A stretch of 64,000 nt of DNA, taken from Phoronis australis (Eukaryota; Animalia; Phoronida). Where the stretch lies: assembly GCA_002633005.1 (NCBI GenBank), contig NMRA01000209.1, forward strand, positions 190,950-254,949, read 5' to 3'. Positions 25,001 to 36,105 of this stretch are shown here, one piece after another (position 1 is the stretch's first letter; each line of letters begins with the position of its first letter). The notes beneath the pieces were generated by a model. The model was not told the DNA's origin. It saw nothing but the letters and a program-made list of their open reading frames with translations, and made no database searches. A program made the translations under genes and the position numbers.

Positions 25001-28000
25001 TAATTCCAAATGGAGACTTATAATGACAATTTGTCAATTTGTTAGGCTCTTGTTGGCCAACGTTACGGGCACCGTCCCCTGCCATCAGAAATCCCCGCCG
25101 TGGAGTACGAGTTGATCCGAAGCACGTTGAATCGTCATCGTAACCGGCAGACAAGAGACGCACCTATCCTCGACAAATGGTACAAAAAAGACACGAATGC
25201 CGTGCCACCTGTTTACGTTCTTCAGCCAATCAGCAGTGGCGTGCCTGATTACTACTCTGAGGTTCGTAAACGATTGCTTGTTTTCTTCCTTCGAGAAAGT
25301 TTAACAAATTTCCTTCTGTGGTATTAACGCATGCTTCTTCTGAAGTACAGATATACAGTGTTGCAATGGGGGCGAAGCTTCTGAGTATTCAAATCTTTTC
25401 TAAAATCATCGCAGAGCCGAATGTACCAACTTTGGAATTGAATTGCTTACTACGTTCAAACACAATCATGATTCCCCAGTTATCATCCCGCCCGCTTTTT
25501 CGTTACCAAAAGGTCCACAAAGTCAGGATTTCGAGACCCCATATTGAAGGCTGGGTACACGCATGAACACACGTTTTACGTTTTTGCCCGCAGGATGATT
25601 CGCTTCGAGAGGAAGCACAAAAGGACTGGGACAATAAGAGCAAACTGATGAGAGGTCTAATACAGAGGGGAGCGGAGTACTGTGTGGCCGAAAGTACCCT
25701 TGACGTGGAAAGCAAGCACCAATATGTCATGTCAGGTAGGACCGATGATGGGTGCTTTGGGATATTTAAGATATTTAACCAAGTCTTATATTCTTTTGTT
25801 GACAAAAGGTCCCCTCTTCGGTCGTTGCCGTTAACAAAATCGGGTCCCACTAAGGAATGTTTGACCCTATCGTAGGACCTAAGTTTATGTGGGGACCTAG
25901 AACGTCATATCCCAGGAATGACTGATTGAATTCCTGTGAAACTTCTAGACGCTTTAGGCACTCTTCTCGAAACTGGAATTGTTCTTAAAATGACACACTT
26001 TCGCATGAGAGGCTATCAAAAATAGGATTTTCATGAAAACATCTTGGGTTCTATGAAACAAAAAGGAAACGATGTTCTAGAAAACTGTAACTGCATGTTT
26101 GAGATGTCACCCTGTACATTGATATCAAATAGTATTTAATCACATTATTGATACCTTTGTTATGCTACCAATATACCTTTCTTTTTTTAAATTTTACGTG
26201 ACCCAATCAATATTAGATTGATGTAGTGTAAAACATCAAATTCCGCTAGCTGTCAGAAAATATATACTTTAACTAAATTTAAATCTTTGTTCTGTGAGAA
26301 GATGGTACTTGGCTAAATACGCAGGTTAGTCAATGAGGGCCTACTTAACCTGAACGAGGAAAGCTGTACAATGGCTAACTCTTGACTCAACTTTGACAAT
26401 TGAACAACTAGCACGCGTAATTCTTTTAAAAGGAGGACAAGGTTACCCAAAAATGTTTGTTCTCTCTGCCCGCGTTGGCTTATATTTTTGTAGAAACCTG
26501 CCGACTATCCCCGTGGCTTCAAGTAGACCTCACTCACGCCCACTCGACTGTGTTTTTTGTGAAGTAATTTCTCACTGAACAGTGTACATCGTTTTCGTTT
26601 ATTTGGCACACTCTTTACGTTAACTTACAGAGTTAGACTGTCTAATCAAGCAAGGGCTTCAACACGGACGTAATCCAGAAAGAAATGCACTAGTTTTTAT
26701 ACGCACCATCATCGATCTCAAGAACTACGTTGATCACGACAAAACTCCGAAATTTATGGAAGTGGTCTACAATGACAAGCTGGAAAAGATAGAAATCGAC
26801 AAAGAATCCAAACAACTTCTTGACCGTGTGAAAGAACAGCTTATCCCTCATTACGTACCGAAATCGCAAGTCCTAGATTCGTCCATACTATGGAAGTTCG
26901 ATGATGGTATTCACCCAGAACTGCACAAAGACTACTTAGATGAATTCGCGGAACGAATGTATAACGCCTTAGTTGAACTCATGGACGCGTCGGTACCATT
27001 TCAAGAGGCGGGTGATCACCCGCCGTTATACGACGAAGTTTTACGGCATCTCCTGTTGACAAAACAGAGATGTAAACATTTCCATGGTAGGGAAGACATC
27101 ATGCAACAGATTCAAGGCTACGTCACAGGGTCTTCTCACCTTCCTCTTGTCATCACTGGCGTGTCGGGTTCTGGTAAAACATCGATTATGGCGCAAGCAC
27201 AGATTCTTGTAAGTATTGACTTCTTCAGCAAGTAGTTGTTGTGTAACAGCGTGCCCGATATCACTGATCCGAAAGAGAATTCTCCTAAACTACCGTTTGT
27301 AGTCTGCTAAACGGACGTCATTATTTTTCATGCCTATTTCACAGATCGTCATTAATCGCTCAGTTGTACCAGTAGCAAAAATAAAAAAGTTGGTTGCTAC
27401 AAAGTATAAGATGATATTTTTGTAACGTGTCGTTCTATTTCTGGAATGCAATTTTCCTATGCGGCCTGCTCAGGCGATGTTAACCTCGTCAAAAGAATTC
27501 TCCTAGAGTAGTTTGTAGTCTATTTCTGGAAAACAATTTTTCTATAATCTTGCACAAAAAAGTACAGAGCAAGACTTGACTAGAATTTTTCGACAGGAGG
27601 CCCCGTGATAAATCTTCATAAATTATACTCGTTGCCTATTTTATCCCACGTGTTTACCATATACATGTATGAAAACGAACTGTTTCGGTTTTCAGGTACC
27701 ATTCTGGTTGACTGACGAAGTGACAGTTATATCTAGGTACTTAGGACTGACAACAGATAGCGCTGACGTTCGCCAAGTCATCAACAGTATCTGCCACCAA
27801 ATGGCAATGGTGTTTGGCCACGACCCTGGCAATATACCGACTGACTATAAGGGGCTTTTGTGGCACTTTTACGACTTGTTAAGAGACTTTCCTGCCGAAA
27901 AAAAATTAGTTATATTTCTGGACTCTCTAGATCAGCTCAACCCAGAATACAACGCCCATTACATGCAGTGGTTGCCGCCTAGATTAAAATCCAACGTGAA

Positions 28001-31000
28001 ACTCATCTTGTCGACACTTCCAGACAAACACGATATCTTGGAACGCCTAAAATCGGAAATAATTTGCAATACTAAATGTTTTGTCGATGTTGGCGAGCTC
28101 GGTGCAATTAAGTGTACGGAACTTCTTCAAACTTGGCTCGAAGGCTGTAACCGCACGCTTTCGTCATCGCAAGAAGAAATACTGAAAGAAGCGTTCGAAA
28201 ATTGCTCACTTCCGCTCTACGCCCGGATGTTGTTTGATGAGGTCATATCTTGGAGGTCATATTCGGTGGTGGAAGGAATCAAACTTGGTGCAGACTGTAG
28301 GTCATACATCAACAATTTGTTTGACCACTTGGAAGCCAAATATGGTAACGTATTGGTGTCACATGTATTGGCTTATCTGACAGCCTCAACGACAGGTCTG
28401 AGCGACTGTGAAATGGAAGATCTTCTGTCGCTAGACGATGTTGTACTCGACGAAGTATATAAGTCTTGGCACCCATCAACGAGGCGAATACCACATCTGA
28501 TCTGGCTTCGGATACGACGAGAAATAGATGCTTTTCTTCAAATCACAGAAGCGGATGGCTACACGGTGTTTTTTTGGTACCACAGGCAGTTCATCGAGAT
28601 TGCTACTGAGCGGTACCTCAGCGATTCTGCCTTTAAAAAAAAGGTCCACGGTTTTATTGCCGATTACTATCTTGGCAAGTGGCATGGTAAAAAAGTAAAA
28701 TTTACATACAGTGATGACGTTGTGTCACTCTTGAAACTCAGCAATTCTCAAGGTAACGCTGTACGGCTGGTGCCATCCCAACCACTCACTTTCCAGTCAT
28801 CAAAGGGCGCCACCAGGTACAACCGAAGGAAGTATGACCAGGTACCGAGACACCTCTTTCTCTCAGGTCGGTTGGAAGAACTGAACACCTTGGTTCTCTT
28901 TAGTTACGAGTGGCTGTACAACAAAATCAAAGTATTGTCCCTGCAGCACATCATCGCGGACTTTAGCCTCAATCCTGGCGTGGAAGCTAGCCTAGTCGAA
29001 AGTGCCTTGAGAGCTTCCCAAGCCATCATATCCACCAATGTCAACAACATGCCAGCTGAGCTTACGGGTCGCCTACTTGCTTACTATACTACCCATCCGA
29101 ATATTCGGCAGCTTATAGATCAGTGTGACGTCATAGGTCTCCAACACTGTGCCTTGGTACCAACGTACCCTTACCATGCCGTGCCAGGTAGTCCATTGCA
29201 ACACGAACTTGAATGCAAGACTCCAGTTCAGTTCCTGCACGTAATCGATGACGCACGCTACATTTGGGCTAAATCGAAAACGAGCCAGCAAGCTTCTTTG
29301 TTCGATCTTGCTACTGGTGAACTAGTCAAAGAAATTGTCCTTTCGACGGGTGACATGTATTTGACACCGTCTTTCAAACATTTTTTGATCATTGACGATC
29401 TTGCCGAGAAGTCGGTCAAAGTTCACGAGGGTGTCAAAGGTCGTTATCAGGGTCAACTAATACCAATGAATCATATACAGCTGGCGCCGAAGGAGAAATA
29501 TCGCCTGGGTCCTGTGGACATCTCAGACGAGCGCATGTGTATTGTTGTGACAACCGAGAGTAGTTACATGTGCATTGCTAGTGTGCCCGATATTCGATTC
29601 ATTGAGATTGTCGGTCTAGATGGGAAATGCACTATGTGCAAAATGTCACCAGACAAACGGTTTGTATTCTGTAACTCCAACAAAACTCTCCTGTCTTATA
29701 ATTTGGAGACGCTACAACACATTGCCAACGTAGATATGGGTTTTAAACCTAGACAAATGTTGTTCGTTACCGAAGGTCTGCGTGCTTTCGTGTTAAGTGA
29801 GGATGAAAATCACATACTCGTGCTTCACATACGCGACGGTTTTGCCGAGCTTTCCTACACGGTTTCTGTAGATGACGTCATGCCCAACGATATCATCTTG
29901 GAGATTAGTCTCTCAAACTCCGAAAAATTTCTTCTGGTCAGAGGGCAAAACTCACTTCTGGTGTACGACATCCTGGAGGAGCGATTTCCCCGTCGATTTT
30001 CGAGACCCGATGGCATACCTGGTGAGTTCAAACTTCCTCGCAAAGAAGTTCAAGACATAGTGTTTACGCAGGCGAAGTTCTCACGAGATGACAGATACCT
30101 GATTGCGACTATATTTCGCAACGTGTACATATGGAACATAAACGACGGTCTTTTAGTCAATATTCTAACTGCTCCTGTTGGTATAATAAGCGATTTGATC
30201 ATATCAACCAGCCGGGCGCAGATCATCACGCATCTCCAAGAATCACCAGTCATCCAAGTGTGGAATTTCGAAGATGCTTTGGGAGACATAGGAAGCCTCG
30301 ACAGACTGACCTCGGCCCCTGCAGAAATAATCCCAACTGCAGATGGCTCCGTTGCTTATGTTCGTTGCCACAACAGCGACGAAATTGGAGTGATAGATAT
30401 GAGCAACGGGCAACTGATAGACCTGCTCACGCACGAGAGCGAGGTGACATCTGCAAACATTACCTACGACGGCAGTCACATGTTTGCGGCGTTGAAGAAT
30501 CGGAGGCAAAACCAGTTGTTGAACAAAATATGGGACATGAATCAAAGAAAGATTGTGCACGAATTTGGACAAGTAACAGGATATTGCGTGGCCATGAGGT
30601 CTGAGCGCACCTTCATTAACATTTGCCAAAGAGATATAACTTTCTGCGCGCCCTTTTACATCGATCAATTTAGAATGGAAGGAGAGAAAATAGTAGAGGT
30701 TACTATTGACGTAACCTTGAACCATGTCCTCAAAAAGCCGTTCATAACGAAGGATGACAAGTATCTTGTTGTATTGAGCGCTGAAGACTACGACAAAGCA
30801 ACTGCGCAGTACCTCAACCCAGTGATTTGCTCGTTTACACTGGACCACGATTTCGAGTTCAGGTCCTTCGGTCCTTCCGAATACGAAGAGTTCTTTGCCA
30901 CTCGCAAAGTTGTGGACATCAAGCCATACGAAAATAACCCTTATTCCATCATTGCTTTATTCAAGGTAGACTTCGTGAGTAATAACACGATCATGGGGTC

Positions 31001-31877
31001 TTTTACTTCAAACAGATCTTTCAGTAGGTCAGGAGGCAGTTGTATGACCAATGGGCACGGCGACATCATAGGAAGTTTTGCTAATGACAGCAAAGGTGAA
31101 AGGAGCAGTATCGAACTTGGAAAACTCGACCATAACATGAACGGTGACAAGAAGTCTTTCAATACTTCCGAAGAATCATTGAAAACTAACGAGGTCGCTT
31201 CGTGTTATGGATTTTTCATCCTCGATGTTTGCAGCGGTGCTGTGACCAAACTGTGCGACATGTTCTTGACCATTGACGTGCCACTGGACCTGCTGCTGAT
31301 AGACAAGGACGCCACCGTGTGTGTTGACGAGATGTCCAACGTGTATACTCTTCTAACAGGAGATTACTCCAGACAGGTGCAGCCTACGGGAATTTCGCCC
31401 AGGCTAATGATTAATAACGGGAAGGCTTTGGTATACTTTGACAAGAATGAGGTCTACGTTATTCGATTCTGTGACGGTAGGGAAATAGCAAGATGTGACG
31501 TTCACACCGAGATCGTGTGTGTTTCCGTCTGTTTGGACGAAAGAACAATTCTGATCGGCTGCGTCGATGGGACAGTGACCTCATACGTCCTTATTGACAC
31601 CTTGCACGACACTGCCCAGGATATCATCTCCGGAATACGAAGTAGGATGCGAGTACCAACACCAACCGACATGATTGAAGGGAGGATGTCCAGAACGTGG
31701 GATAGAGTTGATTCGCCTTCGTCCGTTCCTCGGTCTCGCCCTCCGTCTGCCGTCTTCAGCTTAAGCCCTAGCGATAAAGATAAACTGAAGCAGGTGCGAC
31801 CGGTGCGCAGATTTCGTCCGCGGTCTGATAGTTTATTATATGCTGAAGCCCAGTCACACGTATGTGCCATTATGTGA
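18881..31877 (+). CDS. NWD2: NACHT and WD repeat domain-containing protein (NWD1/NWD2-like), 7 coding exons, about 1833 aa
   Basis: Exons 18881-19058, 22681-22769, 24654-24770, 25046-25261, 25594-25735, 26631-27208 and 27696-31877 are all GT-AG bounded and frame-consistent (5502 nt). Motifs: STDMTQERN..VYPRLREY..LEFQAVDIRWGI (DUF4062-like N-terminus), GQRYGHRPLP, Walker A GVSGSGKT, Walker B LVIFLDSLDQL, GLSDCEMEDLLSLDDVVL, WYHRQF, YNRRKYDQVP, then WD40-type beta repeats. NWD2 versus a paralogue is not resolved. Confidence 0.9.
20685..20940. mobile_element. MITE with catgcgcgcac...gtgcgcgcacg TIRs in NWD intron 1
   Basis: Inverted termini; flanks cagcg / cagca (4 of 5 match); G-run and C-run subterminal sequence. 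Confidence 0.6.
22681..22769 (+). CDS. NWD2: NWD-like exon 2
   Basis: Acceptor ttgttgtcag|; DMTQERNVLIEKVYPRLREYTRAEHSLEFQ; donor |gtaagg. Confidence 0.9.
24654..24770 (+). CDS. NWD2: NWD-like exon 3 (not in the ORF track)
   Basis: Acceptor tctcttcag|; AVDIRWGIEDTSWDDHSELEFLLNQLGQSQKLSAGPNFL; donor |gtaagt. Confidence 0.9.
25046..25261 (+). CDS. NWD2: NWD-like exon 4
   Basis: Acceptor tttgttag|; ALVGQRYGHRPLPSEIP...WYKKDTNAVPPVYVLQPISS...YYSE; donor |gttcgt. Confidence 0.88.
25594..25735 (+). CDS. NWD2: NWD-like exon 5
   Basis: Acceptor tttttgcccgcag|; DDSLREEAQKDW...KHQYVMS; donor g|gtagga. Confidence 0.88.
26631..27208 (+). CDS. NWD2: NWD-like exon 6 (NACHT Walker A)
   Basis: Acceptor taacttacag|; ...LYDEVLRH...FHGRE...PLVITGVSGSGKTSIMA; donor |gtaagt. 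Confidence 0.92.
27696..31877 (+). CDS. NWD2: NWD-like exon 7 (rest of NACHT, winged helix, WD40 repeats, CaaX tail)
   Basis: Acceptor ggttttcag|; 1393 open codons ending HVCAIM-TGA; AATAAA at 32121. Confidence 0.95.
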   Translation, partial: VPFWLTDEVTVISRYLGLTTDSADVRQVINSICHQMAMVFGHDPGNIPTDYKGLLWHFYDLLRDFPAEKKLVIFLDSLDQLNPEYNAHYMQWLPPRLKSNVKLILSTLPDKHDILERLKSEIICNTKCFVDVGELGAIKCTELLQTWLEGCNRTLSSSQEEILKEAFENCSLPLYARMLFDEVISWRSYSVVEGIKLGADCRSYINNLFDHLEAKYGNVLVSHVLAYLTASTTGLSDCEMEDLLSLDDVVLDEVYKSWHPSTRRIPHLIWLRIRREIDAFLQITEADGYTVFFWYHRQFIEIATERYLSDSAFKKKVHGFIADYYLGKWHGKKVKFTYSDDVVSLLKLSNSQGNAVRLVPSQPLTFQSSKGATRYNRRKYDQVPRHLFLSGRLEELNTLVLFSYEWLYNKIKVLSLQHIIADFSLNPGVEASLVESALRASQAIISTNVNNMPAELTGRLLAYYTTHPNIRQLIDQCDVIGLQHCALVPTYPYHAVPGSPLQHELECKTPVQFLHVIDDARYIWAKSKTSQQASLFDLATGELVKEIVLSTGDMYLTPSFKHFLIIDDLAEKSVKVHEGVKGRYQGQLIPMNHIQLAPKEKYRLGPVDISDERMCIVVTTESSYMCIASVPDIRFIEIVGLDGKCTMCKMSPDKRFVFCNSNKTLLSYNLETLQHIANVDMGFKPRQMLFVTEGLRAFVLSEDENHILVLHIRDGFAELSYTVSVDDVMPNDIILEISLSNSEKFLLVRGQNSLLVYDILEERFPRRFSRPDGIPGEFKLPRKEVQDIVFTQAKFSRDDRYLIATIFRNVYIWNINDGLLVNILTAPVGIISDLIISTSRAQIITHLQESPVIQVWNFEDALGDIGSLDRLTSAPAEIIPTADGSVAYVRCHNSDEIGVIDMSNGQLIDLLTHESEVTSANITYDGSHMFAALKNRRQNQLLNKIWDMNQRKIVHEFGQVTGYCVAMRSERTFINICQRDITFCAPFYIDQFRMEGEKIVEVTIDVTLNHVLKKPFITKDDKYLVVLSAEDYDKATAQYLNPVICSFTLDHDFEFRSFGPSEYEEFFATRKVVDIKPYENNPYSIIALFKVDFVSNNTIMGSFTSNRSFSRSGGSCMTNGHGDIIGSFANDSKGERSSIELGKLDHNMNGDKKSFNTSEESLKTNEVASCYGFFILDVCSGAVTKLCDMFLTIDVPLDLLLIDKDATVCVDEMSNVYTLLTGDYSRQVQPTGISPRLMINNGKALVYFDKNEVYVIRFCDGREIARCDVHTEIVCVSVCLDERTILIGCVDGTVTSYVLIDTLHDTAQDIISGIRSRMRVPTPTDMIEGRMSRTWDRVDSPSSVPRSRPPSAVFSLSPSDKDKLKQVRPVRRFRPRSDSLLYAEAQSHVCAIM

Positions 31878-33263
31878 AGCAAGAGACAAAACAAACTCCA
31901 CGTAAATTAACCACTTCCCGCCATTTTACATAATGTTATTATACATGTAACACTCTGGCTCCTTGCGTGTCGGTAAATTTGCGTGTTTTCTTCATCAATT
32001 TATCGTGTTCTCAAGTACTTCCTTTCATGTAACGAAATCTATAACTATCGTAAGTGATTTTCAACTGCCGCGGTTTTGCAGCCTGCGTTCAGTTTTCATT
32101 GTGAAATCATAATTATCATCAATAAAATATTGTTACCCTGTTAACCAGAATCTCATATGAAACCTAATGCCATTCAAGACACATTTCCCTACAGGACTCA
32201 GCAGTTTCAAAAACAACTTAAGCCTGATACATGTAGTTCTCCAAAAGTACGGTTTTTGTCAGATATTCAATGGCACGTGACTCTTGTATAGCAATTGTGC
32301 AATATTTATCCAGTGCAAATGCAATAGCAAACTAAATGTTTTGGGGGTAATGTGTACGGGATTGAGAAGGCGTATGCCGCAAAAAGCACACGACAATGAG
32401 CGTGTTCGAAAAGAATTTTGCCTGAATCAGCTTCTGCAATTAATTCCCATCACGGCCATCTCCATCATTTATGGTCGCCGCCATATTGCACCCTCTGTTT
32501 TCGACAAGTTCAAAGGTTCATGATAAAAAGAAAAAATACATTACTTTGCCATAACAAGCCTCCAGTTAACAAAATATGCTAGTAGTCTCAGAGACCAGCA
32601 AATATACTTATTTAAACTTTGAAGCTGATTGCGCCGTTTCTCCCTCTCTACGCTAGGCAATGCTTTTAAAGTTCTGAAGTCCTGAGACAGCAAAAGACTG
32701 TAAACAACGTTTGCGAATCCTATGGTGAGCAAAAATTCTTCACGGAAAATTATTATGGGACGTATTGATCCCTTCTTTCGCCATGGGGCTTCTCACATTG
32801 GTTCTAGGTTATCCGCCGTCTCCCATTTTTATTCTTGTTGAGATCCGTATACATGAACCTGTAACAATTTCAGTAAAGACGAATTCAAACCCAAATTTTT
32901 AAAGGAGAATATTTGACAAATTGTTTGGGCATGTTTCGGGTGCTCCGTTGCAAGTGTATGCGGGCACTGCGATCCAGGAACGGGGATAGACGTGCTTTCT
33001 AGTACCCGCCCTTGCTTTAACAACGTTCTTGTCTCACAAATACAATCATTTTCTGTGTAGATTCCTTTCTCTTATTCACCGCAATTCTAATATTCATTCC
33101 TCATTAACAGCATTGGTACCCAATCGCAGTGTGCAAATAATGTCCATACATTCTACGAAGCACGCCTCCCGTCAGAAAGTGACATAAACTACGTTTCGTG
33201 AGTAAATGAATATGTTCGTTGAAACAGAATCGCTTGCATGAGAAAAGAAACAAACCCAGCAGC

Positions 33264-33380
33264 CAGTGCTCTAGTGGTAAAATTAGAGGTAAGTAGGCGC
33301 CCAAAGCCCACCGTTTCACCTTGAGCACTGAACGTAACTTACGGTGCGTAGGCACTACGTTCAAATGCCAAAAGGTTGTT
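33264..33380 (-). mobile_element. Truncated inverted copy of the hAT-type MITE at 49494-49647
   Basis: cagtgctctagtggtaaaattagaggtaagtaggcgcccaaagc...gttcaaatgccaaaagg is a near-match to the reverse complement of about 49537-49647. Confidence 0.8.
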
Positions 33381-33652
33381 CGCCGATTATCGTGTCCAGG
33401 CTTATGTAGGCAACACGTTGCCCCTCGGTTGGCCATTAAAGGGCTTCAATACCTCCATTCGCTTTCTGTATGCTATTCGTTACATGTATTTGAAATTGGC
33501 GGTACGCCAAATCCGGCCAACGATTTTGAGTTTTCATCTCGTCAAAAATACATTGCACACGTAAAACTATCATTTAAAAAAGCGCTCACTTTCATCATTG
33601 GCCCTTTCTACTTCTATACATATCTTCGATGAAGTTTAGTTGTGAGAATTAA

Positions 33653-34128
33653 GGTGACTTTGGCGAAGAATTCCAACTCCACTTTTTGGTTGCCGTTAAT
33701 TTTTTCATCACGCGCGCAATAACCACAAAGTATGTCAATTAAGTCACGTGAGTTATGCAATGGCTAACGCGAGACTGAGCGACGCGCGTGACGCTAGTGC
33801 GTGACACTTGCAAAATAGCATGAGAAGGTATCAGGTGAAATTTGTAACATTTGTGTCCCTTGGACTTTTTATTCGTCCACATGCGTGATTTCACGTAACT
33901 TCCACAAAATGGCACCCGATAAGAGAAACTCGAGCTAACCGCGACAGATTTTCATCGATTTGTTCAAGTTTTCTTGAATGAATCGTCTCCAGATTTATGG
34001 TATGAGTTGGTTATAACCCCATGTGCATATATGCATGTTTCATTTGATTTCATTTCCTGAATTTTGAAATGAGTAACTTTTGTGGGGATGTACTATTGCC
34101 CTGCGGCATCCAGGGCGATGTAATTGCC
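33653..34128 (+). mobile_element. Dispersed repeat of about 480 bp, copy 1 (non-autonomous DNA element, Kolobok-like)
   Basis: Clearly similar along its length to 62641-63120; begins after TTAA; degenerate TIR (ggcagtgac... / ...gtaattgcc). Confidence 0.8.
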
Positions 34129-35311
34129 TAAGGCTTATGAGCGTAGCTCGCCGACCACCGAAAACGCAATGTGTACATCCCGTTAGTTCACCGCCCTCGC
34201 GAACACGTGCCCCCACTCACAACTGGCAGGGTACTCGAACCATGTTCATGTGTACTGAGCGGCCAGCGAACTGTATATTGGTGAATGGGAAGCTGTGTTT
34301 TTGAACGAGAAAGCCTTGATTTGCCAGTCCGCTGGCGTGTCTGATGGTCGACGTTCATGAGAACTGCAGTAGTATTGTTTCTACACCCTGATAATCCTTG
34401 GCACTATATCGTATACATCACGGAATCACTTTACCTGCAGCTGCCACTAAATTGTTTTAATGAACTTGACAAATTGAATTTACCACCCGCCTCCTACTCC
34501 AACTAATGCTCTTCTGTCGGCGAATCTCAAGCGTCAACACTATTGCCGTGAAGAGATGGTTCGGAGAATGACTGATGCCCTCAACAGGAAACGCCCTTAG
34601 GCGTTTTAGTGAACAATTCCCTTGGTATACGCGACAAGTCGTTGCCTGACAGCACTTCAGGCTATGCAAAGAAGTTTGGAAATATCATTTTATTTAAAGC
34701 AACGTTTTTTAAGGAAATCACTTACGAGAAGAAATTTTGATGTTTCTAAGTCAGGGAAACCGCGCATGCACGTGGCGACCTGGAGACAGCTGGTCTCGGG
34801 CGGCACTCGTAGATATGGATGCCAGTGGGTTCTGGGAGTCTGTGTTTGACGACGAAGAAAAGAGTGTATACAAAGCTGTACAATAGGGAAGTAATTAATT
34901 GCTGGTTGACACAGCTGCTGAATAAGGTTTTCAAAATAATTAGTTTCGTTGCCATTTCCTGTCCTCCACCCTCTTATTCACTCCTCAGTCGTCACCAGTC
35001 ATTCCCCGTCGTCACCAAGTAAGAACGCTCATCACTAAGGCGCTCCAATTCCAGTGGCCCTATTAAGACTACATGTATTTCCATACTACCCGACGAATCT
35101 GCCAGATATCGCTCATGTCCCACCGCACGCCTCTTTCTACGGTCCTACACAACAAGAGGGTACATGTCCGTTTCGCCGATCTCGAACAATTTGAGTGGCA
35201 TAAAACTGAAAACTGAAGTCGGCAAACTTTCAAACACAAAAAAATCCGGTTAACGATGGCGAAACTTTCCAGTGAAGGAACCAAGCAACTACGTGTACGT
35301 CATTGCATTCA

Positions 35312-35455
35312 CATGGGCGGCGCAGCACTGAAAAGAGTGGGGGGCTAAAGCCCCCAACCCCCCTGTGGTGCACCGCCCATAGTGCCATGGGCGGCGGAGC
35401 ACTGAAAAAAGTGGGGGGACTATAGCCCCCAGCCCCCTATGGTGCGCCGCCCATG
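35312..35455. mobile_element. Tandem dimer of a ~70-bp palindromic MITE (catgggcggcgc...gcgccgcccatg)
   Basis: Two units (35312-35381, 35386-35455); ATTCA duplicated on both sides of the dimer; homologues at 39701-39834 and 59560-59622. Confidence 0.8.
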
Positions 35456-36105
35456 ATTCATGGTTTTATCATGCGCAATTAAGAAGGCTAAGTCTAAGTA
35501 TGAAAAATAAAAACAAAGGCTTTCGCCCCAAAACGTATCAAGCAACATTATGGCTTTCGAAGAGGGCAAAATTGCTAAAAACATATGACAGCCATGGGGC
35601 AATTTACTGTTATCAAATTGTGAACATTACAATCGTAGGTTGTTGACATATAGTAGAAACATAATTTTGCAATGTTTTCTTATTAACTTTGCGCACATTA
35701 TTAAAACAACAGAAACACGTGGTGTTGAGTCCTTGAACTCGCGGCTGCTTTTAAGCGAAGCAGTTTGTATTTCCAAGTTTTGTACGCGACAGGGTTAATG
35801 GCAAGTGAACACGGGGGCTTATTGAAATCCAACGCTTAACCATTGTCGTAAAGTTAACTTCGAACAAACTTAAATTTTGCATTTGTCCGAAACAATAACA
35901 AAAGAACCGGACACTCGTCATGTAGCTCTTACAAGCACGAACCAGTCAGAAATGCTTTCATTTGACCCCATTACCAAGCGAGGCAACGCCACACGCAGGA
36001 TCCTATTTCGCCGCAGAAAGGTTGTCGGCCCAGTTGTCACTTTGTCGGTAACATGGACAGACGAAAACAAGTGAACACTGACTTAACTTGGCTTTGACAG
36101 GGAAA

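Noticed and set aside
27262-27546. Short degenerate local duplications in NWD intron 6 (similar cases at 14250-14282 and 41960-42030)
   Set aside because: Ordinary slippage-type duplications with no sign of function.
28309-31894. Many overlapping ORFs (e.g. 30243-30848 -, 30131-30604 +, 31502-31894 -)
   Set aside because: They are shadow frames of the long NWD exon with no recognisable motifs.
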